DNA of 62,342 bases, the filler included, from Hausera hauseri (Eukaryota), in NCBI GenBank assembly GCA_046269625.1. It is 11 parts of 11 records of this genome, joined end to end, with 100 filler letters (N's around TTAATTAATTAA, not from the genome) between each part and the next. Parts side by side here need not be neighbours in the genome. Positions count along the whole stretch, not along the records: positions 38,353 to 43,225 come from JBJURY010408033.1; positions 43,326 to 48,227 come from JBJURY010397812.1; positions 48,328 to 58,043 come from JBJURY010303277.1; 8 more parts are not named here. The stretch is one strand, 5' to 3'. The position numbers were made by a program, and so were the translations under genes. Shown in pieces: positions 38,530-51,400 of the stretch; positions within the stretch are counted from its first letter, which is position 1, and the number at the start of each line of letters is the position of its first letter. The notes below the pieces were generated by a model. The model worked only from the letters and a program-made list of their open reading frames with translations, did no database searches and was not told where the DNA came from.

Positions 38530-41439
38530 ATTATTTGTCTGGAAAATCATATCTTCCAGCATCTGAAGCTTTACGAAATGCAAAGGCCGTTGTTAATGTT
38601 CAGAATGAGGGCAATTTGTGTTCTTATATTCAATTTTTGCAGTGTCAAAGTAGATGTAGAATTAGCAATTACATTCCTTTCTTAGCTGAGTTTAAATATT
38701 CCTAAGATGATATGCCTATGAAAATCTGTACCATAGGTAAATTTAGGAAACAAAATTCACAGCTGTCAATTAGTGTATTTCTGTTTCACGACGATGAGGA
38801 TGATGTTGACTTTGATGTGAATATAGTGAAAAATCCATTCCTTGATATTTTGTATCAAAGCAAAAATCCGACTGGTTCTGTAGTTAATTTGCTGATTTTT
38901 GAGAAATGATGATAAGTTCCGCTATGTTACCGTTCCCAATCTTAAGCGACGGTTAAATATGGACAGTAAGAAAATTCGTACTCAATGTAAACATTGGTGT
39001 GAAAAATGTCTATATGGCTTTAGGTACGATACGGCATACTTTAAGCATTTGCCAATGTGTATGTCTTCTTCCAAGTGCATGACATTGTACAAAATGCCAG
39101 AAAATAAGTTGTGTGAATTTAGGGACTGGGCAAAATCCATAAATCCGCATTTCGTTGTATATGCCAATTTTGAATCAGTTCTGTGTCCTGACGATAAAGT
39201 TAAACATTAATTTGCATGCTGGAGCCGGTCTCTTGTTAGTTTCATCAATAGGTATTGAATATAGGCAATTTGTGGGCGAAAATTTCATAGTTTATTTCTT
39301 GGCATATTTAGAAGAAATTGTTAAAACCGTAGTTTTCCCTTGGTATGAAAATGCGAAAAAAAACCATAATCCCGTTAAAATCTGCTGAATGGTATAGGTT
39401 TATAAATGCCACTGCTTGTTATCTCTGCCATGAAAACGGTTCTGACTTTGAAAACTGTTTTGTTTGTCACGCTACGGGTAAATTCTTAGGCCCTGCTTGT
39501 AACAAATGTAACTTGATCGTAAGATTAGGTATAATTTGCCCATAATTTTCCATAATTTGGACGGATATGTTCACCATCATATTTTAAAACACGCACTAAG
39601 TAAATTCGGTACTTTGAATTTGAGTGTCACCCCTCAAACTACTGAAAAATTCCTGACTATGCAGGCAAATATATTGTTTTCTTTTAAAAAGTCTGTTTCT
39701 ATTAAGTTTCTTGACTCGTTGCAGTTTGTACCGGCTTCACTTAAAACTTTAGCTTCTAACTTAGACAACTACCCATTTACTGAATCGGCTTTTCCATCTG
39801 ATATCATTACGGGAAAAGGGATTTTTCCATATATGGCAGCCAAATCATTAATGACTTGCAGTCGATTACTGAATTACCGCCAATATGGGATGGTGTTAGC
39901 GATAGTAAGTATGAGGAAGTACATCTTACCTGGTCGAAATATAGACCTAGCTATTTGTTAGATTACGTGTAAGTATAGATAAAACTCGATGTATACTTGT
40001 TAGGTGATGTTTTCAAGCGGTTTATAAAGGAATTTAAGTTGCAGAGTGATTTAGAGGCGGTTAACTTCGTTTAAATTCACGGTTTATCATGGGTGACACC
40101 AGTAAAATCAAGTCCTTTTAAGATTAAGCTGATTCAAGATCCCGAAATGTATAGTTTCTTTCAATCGGGAATTTGCGGTGACATGACTTTTGTAAATAAG
40201 CATAGAGTTACCACTGATGAACGCACCAGTCTCTTGTATATGGATGTAAATAATTTGTACCTTTGCCCTTTGCGGATTTAGTATGGATTTATGATGAGGA
40301 GAAATTAGACAGTTTGATTGAACAATTACCCTTCATTGACACTGTTAGGGAAAAACGAGGTTTAAGCATCCCATCGGACAAGCATGATAAATTAGACCAA
40401 CTACCTTTAGCTCCTATCAACAAATGTTCTCCTGGTTCCAAAGTAAAGAAATTGTGGCTGACACGTGAGCGTAAGTCCAACTATGTTATTCACTATAGGC
40501 TCTTACAGTTGTACATCAAGTTAGGCGTTGTAGTTGACAAAGTACATCGGGCTGTTGAGTTTGACCAGGGTTATGTCTTTAAGGATTACATCGATTTAAA
40601 TACTGCTAAGAAGGCTGCAGCGAATAATCCTTTTGAGAAGGACGTCTTACGCTGAAGAATAATAGCTTATATGGAAAACAGTTGAAAATCTGCAGCAAAG
40701 ATCAAACATAAGACCATGTAATAATGCTAAGAAGCTTATTACTTATGCTAGCAAAGCACAGTATAAAGAAAGTATTATTATAGCCCATGATCTCGTTGCC
40801 GTTCTTCTAGATAAAAACGTGGTTACATTAGATAGACCCTTATACATAGGACAGGCTGTTCTGGATCTTTCAAAGTTGAGAATATATAAGCTGATTTATA
40901 TAGAGTTAGAGTCTTACAGGGAACAGTTCAATTGTGAGCTAAATATTATTGCTGGTAACACAGACCGTTTCTTCCTCGTATGCCGTGGCGTTGATATAAT
41001 TGAACATAGCTCTTGACAGAAATGATAGCCAATGAGCAGTTGGACACTTCTAACTATGATAGCAGCGACATGCTTTATTCTACACTTATCTTATTGTACA
41101 TTTATCTTACTTTCATCTACACAGGATGAAGGTAAGGCTTGCGTTGAATATCAAGAGGCAATTTTCTTGACACCAAAATGTTATGCACTGAAAACTCAAA
41201 GCAGACCTGTCCTCAAATGCAAAGTAAAGAACCTCAAACAAACAGACTTACAGTTCACCAACTATCAACAGGCTTATGAAAATGGGTGTGGGACAACAGT
41301 TGACCAGGAGCGTATCGGGACAAAAAGTCACCAGTTAATGACGATCAGCACAAAAAAGAAGGCAATAGATCCGTTCGATGACAAAAGATACGGTATAACC
41401 AAAAACAAAAGTGTCGCATTTGGACATTATTGTATTTAG
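38530..41439 (+). mobile_element. Polinton/Maverick-type pPolB, decayed
   Basis: CEKCLYGF, YANFES, CHATGKFLGPACNKCNL, FHNLDGY, FLDSLQF, KGIFPY, DVNNLY, KNNSLYGK, LDLSK, AGNTD, PKCY, DDKR. Confidence 0.93.
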
Positions 41440-43499
41440 TTTGTATATTTCATGCCAATAAATATTTTTATCCTTCTATTTTTTCTTTCATCCTATTCAG
41501 TTTATAAATTTCACTTATAATACATTAACATTTATCACTAAGTAAAAACATTTATTAACGTACAAATCTTGATAAAAATATTACAAGCGATCCCACAAGG
41601 ATACTACACACAAGTAAAACGTTTCTCTGTCTTCATTTAAATTCTTCATTAACATTTGTTACACATATTGTTCGAATTACAAGTTCTACATAGTCTTCCT
41701 TTGATAAAAAACTTTGATTCTGTATTCCGTTTAGGAATTGAATACAATCTAATTTCACATTCCATATTTCTTCTGTCAGTCGCTTAATTTCACCTTCTAA
41801 ATCTAATTTGCAATGATACATATGGAATTAATTTAGGTGAGCAGAATTATAAAAAATTACCATTCGCTTAAATGATTATTCTAATTGGCTTTCCTTCCAT
41901 TTGACACAGTAATATTCATATAAACTTTGTAAAATTAAAACAAAATATACCGAAATTTAAACAAAAAAATTTTGGTACGAAATTCAAATTTTTAATTCCG
42001 CCTACAATCCATGCAGTGCACGTGCTTGTGTGTATCACTTTCATAACTGTGAGCCTCCTATCTCCACCATATTAATCGTGCCTGTGTGTATCACATTTTC
42101 TACCCCGTGATTCATCCGCGAACCACATCAATAGTATAAAAAGGCCGGTTCTGGATCACCCCCCGTGCAGCCAATACGAAGCGTGCTTGATGCGCACACA
42201 GGTACTGGGTTTATCAATTTGGCGACGGAGATTTCAAAAATCACACCGCCAAAGGCGCACGGTGCACCCCGAAAGCAGGCGAAGTGCACGAGAAAATGCG
42301 GATGTTAGAAGGAAGTGGTATACGGTCATGTGTGGCGCATAGAAATGATGGGCAAGTGATGGCGCATCGAATGAGGAAGGAACGAAGGCGATCAGATGAA
42401 ACACAGAAGCACGGGGTGATGGAAAAAAAGTGATCCAGAACGGGCCTATGCTTCATGAGAAACTGGGAAGCGTTATCGACCAACGGTTGATGGTCCATAA
42501 CCGTAGGCCTGTGAATAGGCGAACGGCACCGGAAAGAAAGGTACACGATGCACCGATGACGAAACAGACATCCATGTGTGTGTACTGATGATGGAATCCA
42601 GTATCGTGTAGTACAGGAAACGGAAGCCCATGACTAGCGCTATTTGATAATGGTGTTCGAATGGAAAGAACCCATTCCCGAACCGAAGTGCGATGAGAAA
42701 CGTCGAAAATCGGCAAAGGTATCCTTTTGAAACGGGAAAATATTTCATCGAAGTTCAACATAACCGGATTCAATCGATCGGTCGTTGGTTACTGATTATG
42801 GATATGTGTGTCGGAAAGTTTTTAAGCGCGTCCATCAACGTATAGCAAAGGAGAACGAATTTTCTATGTACATGTGAACTTTGAACACATGAACTTTTAT
42901 ACGGTTTTAGGTAAATACCTTCGAAAAATATTGATTTTTTACTTAGGTTTTATGGATGACTTTGTTCTATGTTACATAAAATTTGTTTCATATATTAAGA
43001 AAGTCATTGGATTTTTAATAACCATCATACATACACAAACATAAAATGTATATAAGGCATAAAAAAGTAAATTTAAGCAATATGATATCAATAATAAATT
43101 ATAGGGGTTATATACGTGGAACAGTCGCACATTTACAATTCAATAAATGGAAACCGCAATAATATGTACTGCAATTAGACAAATATAGTTTGGTTATTTT
43201 CGAAAATGGTAAATGTAGAGTAATGNNNNNNNNNNNNNNNNNNNNNNNNNNNNNNNNNNNNNNNNNNNNTTAATTAATTAANNNNNNNNNNNNNNNNNNN
43301 NNNNNNNNNNNNNNNNNNNNNNNNNTATGTGCAAAATCGATCTATCGATTACCGCCCCCCCGGGAGCTGGGCCAGAACAGCCATTTTTACACTACTGGTC
43401 GTTGTCCTGCTGACGCTATATCATCTGCCTCTCCTAACTTTTCTTGCACAGACTTTTTTCCTTGACAAAACTAATTCGAGTCGCACCTAGCTACAATTC

Positions 43500-46400
43500 C
43501 ATTTTCAATGGCTTAAAGCCAATCACACCACAGTTTCTTTCTTGCAGACGAACAGCTTGCTGCTTTTTCCAGCAAATATCAAGCAGAAAATTAATAATCT
43601 TGCCGATATACTTACCTCTTTTAATCATATGACATGCTGTATGAATCAGACCCTTCCATTGACAGCATAATACAAAAATACTTTAATGAACATGCTATCG
43701 GAACTCAGAAGCCGTCTGATTTCCTTAAAACCGCTATTTCTCAATTGAGTTCCTTAGGCGTCACTCCTACGATCAATGCCGATCGTCTTCGTCAGTATTT
43801 TTTTCTTCCTTGTCCACCTCTATCAGAGCGTTTTTTACTGTCGTAGACAATTCAACGGCACTCGAGAAACTCGCCTTACTGGCAGATAGAAGTTACGAAA
43901 TCTTACAATTAAATAGCTCACAATCAGTAGCTGCAGCAACCGCTCACACATCATCAAACACATAACATTTTATTTTTACAACAACTGCAAATGATGCAGA
44001 AAAAGTTCGACACATTCCAACAGGCAATTTCTGCGATTACAGCCCAACTTAGTGATTTATCTGTGCCTCGAAGAAGCAAAAACCGTGTCTCGCGTAATCG
44101 TAGCCTTTCCAGGGATTCCTTTCGATCCAAATCTCGAGATGGATGAATAATTTGTTTTTATCACAACAAATTTGGCAGTGATGCAAGGAAGTGTCTTTTG
44201 GGCTGTCGATTTTACGATGAACGTTATGCAGTAGACAACCAAATCTGCATTTATCACACAAAGCATCAGTCCAAGGCTAGGTCGTATGTGCCAGGATGCG
44301 AATATTATAAAAAGAATTCCAGTTTTTCTCCATCTTCTTCGCCTCCTCCTACTCATCATTCCTCTTCTTTTTACCAAAAAGCCTCAAAAACTAATAACGC
44401 CGCCAGATGCCACGGCACATTCTGGTGTAGGCAATATCGCTCAATCCTCTGGCCGTTTCAACATCGCCTCTGCAGTCTTTCTGTTGAAAGCTGAACTGTT
44501 ATTTGGAGACACCTCACACAGATTTCCTTATCGATTCAGGAGCTGCCTTTTCACTTCTTCCTTTGTCCTTCGCTCCTACATCTAACATGTTTCTCTCCTC
44601 CACTCTTTACTGCCTGTGGTCAATCCTTAAACATTGTACGTACCACAAAACTGTCCTTCACATTCTCCAACCTACCAAGGAAATTCTTTTGGAAATTTCA
44701 CATAGCCACTATTAGATCGCCCATAATAGGATCCGATTTCCTGACTGCATACGATTTGTTAGTCGACTGTAAGCATAGATGACGCCTGCGCAGAAACTCC
44801 GTTGCAAATACCAACAAATGCTCACCAGACAACCAGTCACACACCTTGTCCTCCTCTGTTCATTCAAATGTCAATTTGACATGCTGTTCATCGGCTAATA
44901 ACAATAAGTTTAATAATTCATCCACATTTTCAATTTCGTCAAGTGGGAACAAAACAATCTTGAAACGATCGGTTGAACCGAATGTAGTTAATGAAGTGTT
45001 TACTCATTCTACATCAATTACAGCCACTGACTCATCATTTTTATCGTTGAAATCCAATCTTAAATCCTACATTAAAACTTCTTGTTTCCGCACTCTCAAG
45101 AAGGACGTCAATTTCAAGCCGCATTCTACAACTTATCATTACATAGTTACCGAACACCAAAGACCTATCAGACAAAATGTCAGATCACTGTCACCTTGTA
45201 GGTGAAAAGCCGTTGAATATGAGTTCAATGAACTCGAAAGGCAGGAATTATTCGAAGATCCAAATCTCCAACGGCTTCACCTTTGCATATAGTGATAAAG
45301 AAAGATTGCACTTACAGACCATAGGGTGACTGTCTGCAGTTAAACAACCTAACAGCTCTGGATGCTTAGCCTTTACCTCTCATAAAGGACATACTGCACA
45401 GTCTTACCAATACTAATACGTACTCCACAATTTACTTGCATAAAGCTCATCATCATATTCCGGTTGCACCCGATGATATTCCAAAAACTGCTGTTACTAC
45501 TCCATTTGGCCTCTATGAATATATCTTTATGCCATTTGGTTTACGCAGTGCTTTCCAAACTTTTTAACGACACATTGATACCGTCCTCTAATGTCTTGAC
45601 TTTGCTCATCCATACATTGATGACATATTAGTTGCCTCCACATATGTTAAACAACATCAAAAACACCTCCGTATTATCTTTCACAGACTACATCACAGAA
45701 ATTTGCAAGTCAATTTTTCTAAGTGTCATTTTTTCAAAATTGTGTTAATTTCCTAGGCCACATGATCACTCCTAATGGCCACTCCCCACAACTGGATTGA
45801 TTACAACAATTGAAAAACATAATGCTGCCAACGACCACGACGGATACGAGGAGTTTCTTAGGCACACTCCGCTTCATCCATAAATACGTACCTCATTGTT
45901 CTGAGCTCATGGCACCTTTCGCACATCTTTCTTCAGGAAAGAAGAGGCAATTAATCCACTGGACTCCTGATTTAGTCGCCAAATTTGAACACTTATGCGA
46001 AGGCCTAAAAACCGTAGAAACACTGGCCTATAGGAAACTCAAAGCAGATCTTATACTTACAACCGATGCCTCTACCACAGCTACCGGTGCAGTGCTACAC
46101 TAGATTTCTAACGGCGTCGATGAATTATTAAAATTTTACTACAGGAAACTGACACAACTCGAAAGCCGTTACTCAGCATTTGACCGTGAGTTACTTGCAA
46201 TAGTTCTAGGAGTAAAACATTTCAAAGAGCTACTTCTTTCTCGTGCATTTGTTATTCAAACTGACCACAAGCCGTTCCTGCACATCATGTCGTTAAAATA
46301 ACCATGGCCGAGGGAAGAGCGACATATATCACACCTGTCTAAAGTTCAGTTTTGTTTTGGAATACATCTCAGGCACAGATAATTTGGTAACAGATTTTCT

Positions 46401-47985
46401 ATCAAGGTCGGTGGGCTCCATTATAGTTGAGCCGACTTTTTCATCCGAAGTCTTAAGGGCAAATCTACCGTCTGCTTACTTTCTTAGTTCCTTCAAATCC
46501 TTCGAGATCATTGATGGCATTGTTATTGATATGTCGAAAAACGATAATAAAAAGATCATTCTAGCACCACCTTTACAAAAGCCAGCTTTTGTTCATACGC
46601 ATTCATTCAATCATCCAGGTTCGAAAGCAACCTTTCGCCTACTTCAACGTCATGTAGTTTGGCAATCAATGCGCAAAGATGTACAGAGCTGGGTTAAAGA
46701 ATGCGTAGCCTGTCAAAAATACAAAATAAACACATACCTTAAACCTCCGCTTTACCATTTTCCCTGTACATCAAGCTTTCATACAGTTCATCTTAATCTC
46801 GTTGGCCCTTAACTCCTTACTATAATGGATCGCGCTTCTCGCTGGCCTGAAGCCGTTCCTTTTCGTTCAATGAACACTGATTCAGTAGCTGACGCCTTTA
46901 TAAAAATCTGGATCAGTCGTTCTGGTTCCCCACGTTACATAATAACGGATCAAGGTCAACAATTTAAATCAGAACTCTTCACATGGCTTGTAAAACACTT
47001 GGTGATATCCCATTTCCATAGAACTCCATTTCATTATAAAGCAAATGCCATCCTTAAAAGATTCCATCGAACAATGAAAGTTTCTTAAAAAATCTTAGCT
47101 GACACTCATCGTAAGTGGATGTCAATTCTACCATTAGTTCTACTAGGTTGGCGCAACAAACCTTCTATCACTACCGGTTGTGCTCCAGCCGAAGCACTCT
47201 TTGGGACTCCAATTCGGATCTTATTTGAACTTTCTGATCTCGACGACAACCCCACAGACGAAAACATTAGTGCAGCGCAATCTCACTTCGTCGAGGTCAG
47301 CTCAGATTTATTCTGTCGTCTCTTTAACAACAATAAATCCTATATTCCATAGTATTTATACTCCGCCAAGTTTGCGTGGCTTAAGGATCAATCGCCTACA
47401 GGTTTTCGACCTCAATATGTTGGTTTATACAAACTGATGAATCTCTAATCTCATACGCATTTCGAATCTGAAGCCCGCTTTCTTCACTGATGACAATCTA
47501 GATGCCAATTTTACCTCCAACTCAAACTCAACTTCTACTCCTACGGATTTTCTAAATAGCTTTGTGCCGTTGCAGCAATCACTATTCTGTCACACTCAAG
47601 CATCATCATGTCTTCCATTCATCTCACCCCCTCTCCGTCATCATGCTCATTACCTTCTTTACTTCCTTTACCTACATCGACTGTTTCATCACCTCTAACT
47701 GCATCGCCTTTTTTGCTTGACTCGTGTTCTCTATCATCTCCATCATAAAATATCACTCAACAGCCTAACACAAACCAATCGAGTAAAAAACGCAAAGTCA
47801 CTTTTAGCACCTACAGCAAAGAAAAGTTCTTTGATGGTACACAACGCCTAACTCATACTAAAACCGAATAGGCTCCAAACATTGTTTCTTGTTGCGACTC
47901 AATTTCCTTATACATATTATCTTCATCATTCTTTTTTCGCCTTTACATAGCTTCTTTTCTGCCACGGCGGGTGATATGGTGCCGC
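43500..47985 (+). mobile_element. Ty3/Gypsy element of CsRn1-like lineage, decayed (gag-PR-RT-RH-IN, PPT)
   Basis: Gag QKPSDFL, two CHCC-type motifs (CFYHNKFGSDARKCLLGC; CIYHTKHQSKARSYVPGC), protease LIDSGA, RT PFGL/YIDD, TTDAS, FDRELLA, integrase RWPEA/TDQG.QF, S/T-rich tail, G-rich tract at ~47965 followed by an LTR-start-like TATGGTGCC. Confidence 0.92.
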
Positions 47986-48449
47986 GGGCGCGGGCGCGAA
48001 TCGTGTTCTCATATCAAAAGAGGCAGCAGATTACGAGGATTTTTGACCTTTCAAGGTCGGTGTTCAAGGAGAAAATCATTTGCTCAAAATTGATCAGTAA
48101 TTTAGTGGTTAGATGTCTTGCACTTCGTTCCAAATAAAAATTTGCATCATTTTACACTTCTACAGTGTTCTCTTCCAGCAGACAAAAGCATATAGACAAA
48201 AATTTCGTCTCAAGTCAAAATTTACGTNNNNNNNNNNNNNNNNNNNNNNNNNNNNNNNNNNNNNNNNNNNNTTAATTAATTAANNNNNNNNNNNNNNNNN
48301 NNNNNNNNNNNNNNNNNNNNNNNNNNNGAAAAAATCCTTAATCTGAATACAATTAAATTATTTTAATATTTTTATTATTTTAATTTACATATTAATTTTT
48401 TTTTGAAAAATTTTATTTACGCATAGCTAAGACAGATTTACCCCACTAT

Positions 48450-51400
48450 TTAATCCAATCGCCTTTTACGCTCGAGGATATGGGATTGCACGTAAGGCAG
48501 ATCCTGACAAAATCCTCGCGAACGAGTAAAAGGGCGATTACGAGTATCTAAATCATCGACCACAACAACGTCCCCACTAACATTTAAATTATGAGAGTGT
48601 ATATCGGAACTTGTCCCGGAGTGTACAGGAGTGTTTACGACACTTGTGTCAATGATATCGTCCCCATGCTCGTCGACAAAGCCTTCGAAGTCCAAGGCTC
48701 GATCTGCAAACCCTTCAAAATCACGGTTTGGGTCCTCGAAACCTTCGAAGTCTTGACTTAAATCTGAGAAACCACCAAAATCTTCCCATTGTAAAGACGA
48801 AATATCCGACTCTAAATCATCGGAAAGAGAAACCCAGTCAACCAATTCCGAGAAACTTACTTTCTTTGGACCTCCAGGTGACTCTGGAGACCTCTTCCCG
48901 GAGGGAAAAATCGGCGGAAACGCGATGTCATATCTCCGCAGGAAGGAAGAAAGATCAGGTGATCCTGTTGGAGTCAACGGAATTGTTTCGCTTTGACTGG
49001 AACCGCTGAAAAGCGTAAACGTCTTCTGAGGACTGGTAAGATCTGCAATAACCGTTGTTAACTGGCTAATAGTGCGCAAAATACTCTGCACTTTTGCTAG
49101 GGACGTACGTGTCTCTTCATCCATTACAAAACCTTCGAAATCATCATCATCCTCTGACTCCAAAGATGGACCGACGTCACGACGAATATACTCGCGTTGA
49201 CCATCGATGAGAGGATCCGATGTAGTGGAACTGGTTATCACCGGTACTTCTTGCATAGCCTTGGCACTGAACTCTTCATGCTCCTGCAAGTACATTGGAG
49301 GAATCTGCCAACGCTTGACCTGGCTATGATGAACCCGGTAAACGCGACTTTCCTGAAGAGATTGAACTTCGTAGGTGACCTTATTTGCGTTTGCCCTGAT
49401 GATCTTCAAAGGGCCCAAATACCTTGGTAACAATTTATTTGTAACCAGGTCACCAGGAAATGGTCGCTTCATGCCCACTAGATCACCGACTTTAAAAGTG
49501 GTAAACAAAGGATGACCAGGCTTCCAGTAAGATTCAACGTTCTGCACTGGAAGGCCAAAAGACGATTTGTGGGCCTTTTCCATAATGCTTTCGCACGGCG
49601 TCAACAACGTCTGGGCATGCTGAGTATGGTTGTATGTAACCAGTATATGGGGTAATTTAGTATCCCAGTTAGAACTGGTTGCTAGCGATACTCGCAAATA
49701 CTGAAGAAGCGTTCGATTTACACGCTCGACTACCCCATTGGATGAAGGTTTATATGGTGTTGTAACTACATGTTTTATGTTATACCTATCTAATAAGTTT
49801 TGGAATTCATTTCCAATAAATTCTTTCCCATTATCAGTTAATAACCTCTCGGGCAGTTTTGGCAATAAAGGCAAAACATAACGTTGCAATGCCAGCGCTA
49901 CCGTAGAGGATTGCTTATTACGCAATGGGATGGCAGATACCCATTTAGAGTAATGGTCCACCATAACTAATAAATACTTATTCCCTAAACTTGATACCGG
50001 CAATTGCATTAAATCAACTGCGGTAAGCTCAAAAGGCCTATAGGTAACAATCTTGAACATCGGAGGGACAGCCAACATATTCGATAATTTGGAAGACTGG
50101 CACACATGACAAGTAGTTGGCACGTCATGACAAATCTTATATAAAGACGGATGCCAGATTTGCTTCTCCAATAACGCGGTTAACTTGTTCCTCCCTAGGT
50201 GAGCATATTCCAAATGGCTTTTTACCACTACATCTACGGCAAGTGAAAAAGGTACTACAGCGGGATGATTACCCTTAGAAGTTTTTCTACGTAAAATATT
50301 TACACAAAAATTGTAGTCCTTTTTGAACCTTAAGAAGGACTTCATCTCCCCTGATAAACGTCCTTCAATGCGCCTGGGGTTTTTAATAAATTTCACGAGG
50401 TTCCGGACGGTCCGATCCGCGAACTGAGCTTGCCGAATAGTGTCATCCGACAGCATGGAATCCTCGAACAGGATTTCCTCATCCGCTGACTCGTCCAGTC
50501 GGATGCACATTAACTGGATATTATTCGATACCGATACCAATACTTGTGATTCCGATTCCGATCTCGTTAATTCCGAGTTAGATTCTCGTACCACCGAAAC
50601 CGATACCTCCCCACCAGACCCGAACTCGGTTTGACCGCTAAGGTTAGGCTTATTACCTGTTGATTCTTCTTTTAACTCAAACGACTCATCAAGGAGATTA
50701 AAAGAAACAAAATTTCCCTCAATCTCCCCATGATGTCGTGTGTCTTGTAGTATACAAGGTTCGGAGTCTGGTGAAGTACCCAGTAATAAATTGTAATGAA
50801 CACCCCCCAAACACAATAATCTACACAATTTTTCGCCTGTGATTGGGCCGAATCTCAATGGTTCACCACTGCCGTAGTATACCCAAATCCTAGAATTATA
50901 TAAATTCGCGAACGCTTCGATGGCTTCGGTGATGGGTAATTGGCCTCCTTGCTTCATTAGCTTGAGCAATTTGGTCACCCCCACGTGATTTCGTCCGCTC
51001 AATAAGCCATACTTTTGCTTATGATCCAGAAGCTCTTGGATAGCTTCCTCCCGCAACTGGAAATGCTTGTCCATCGCCCCAAATTGCCAAAGCGCTAAGC
51101 ACATAAACAGAGAATCACCTCCTCCGGGAACTTTATGTTCAAAACATCCCGGAGGTAACTCGACCTCGGGAGGCGACGTGGAAATCTCTTGTGCTGGCGT
51201 CACTGGGGACCTAGACAAGGCATCCGCGACTACGTTTTGTCGGCCCGGAATATACCGAAGTTCATAATCGATATCGTTGATTTCTTCCAACGTCCGGGCG
51301 ACACGCTGATTTACGAGAGACATACTGTTTAAATAGATCAAGGGTTTATGGTCAGTATGAATAATGACCTTAATACCATACAAAAATGGCTTAAGGGACT

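Noticed and set aside
42010-42800. Possible LTR end with a TGGCGACGG PBS (42220) and a weak gag-like peptide (LPIFD..SVREW) on the opposite strand
   Set aside because: The signals point in opposite orientations and there is no second LTR or pol; too weak to call.
14566-43225. One giant virus or Polinton with multiple polymerases
   Set aside because: The five pPolB loci are on separate contigs joined artificially.
48328-48404. 77-bp direct repeat at both contig ends as the element's LTRs
   Set aside because: No TG..CA ends, PBS or PPT. The length equals a common assembler k-mer, and the real LTR is at 55502-55780.
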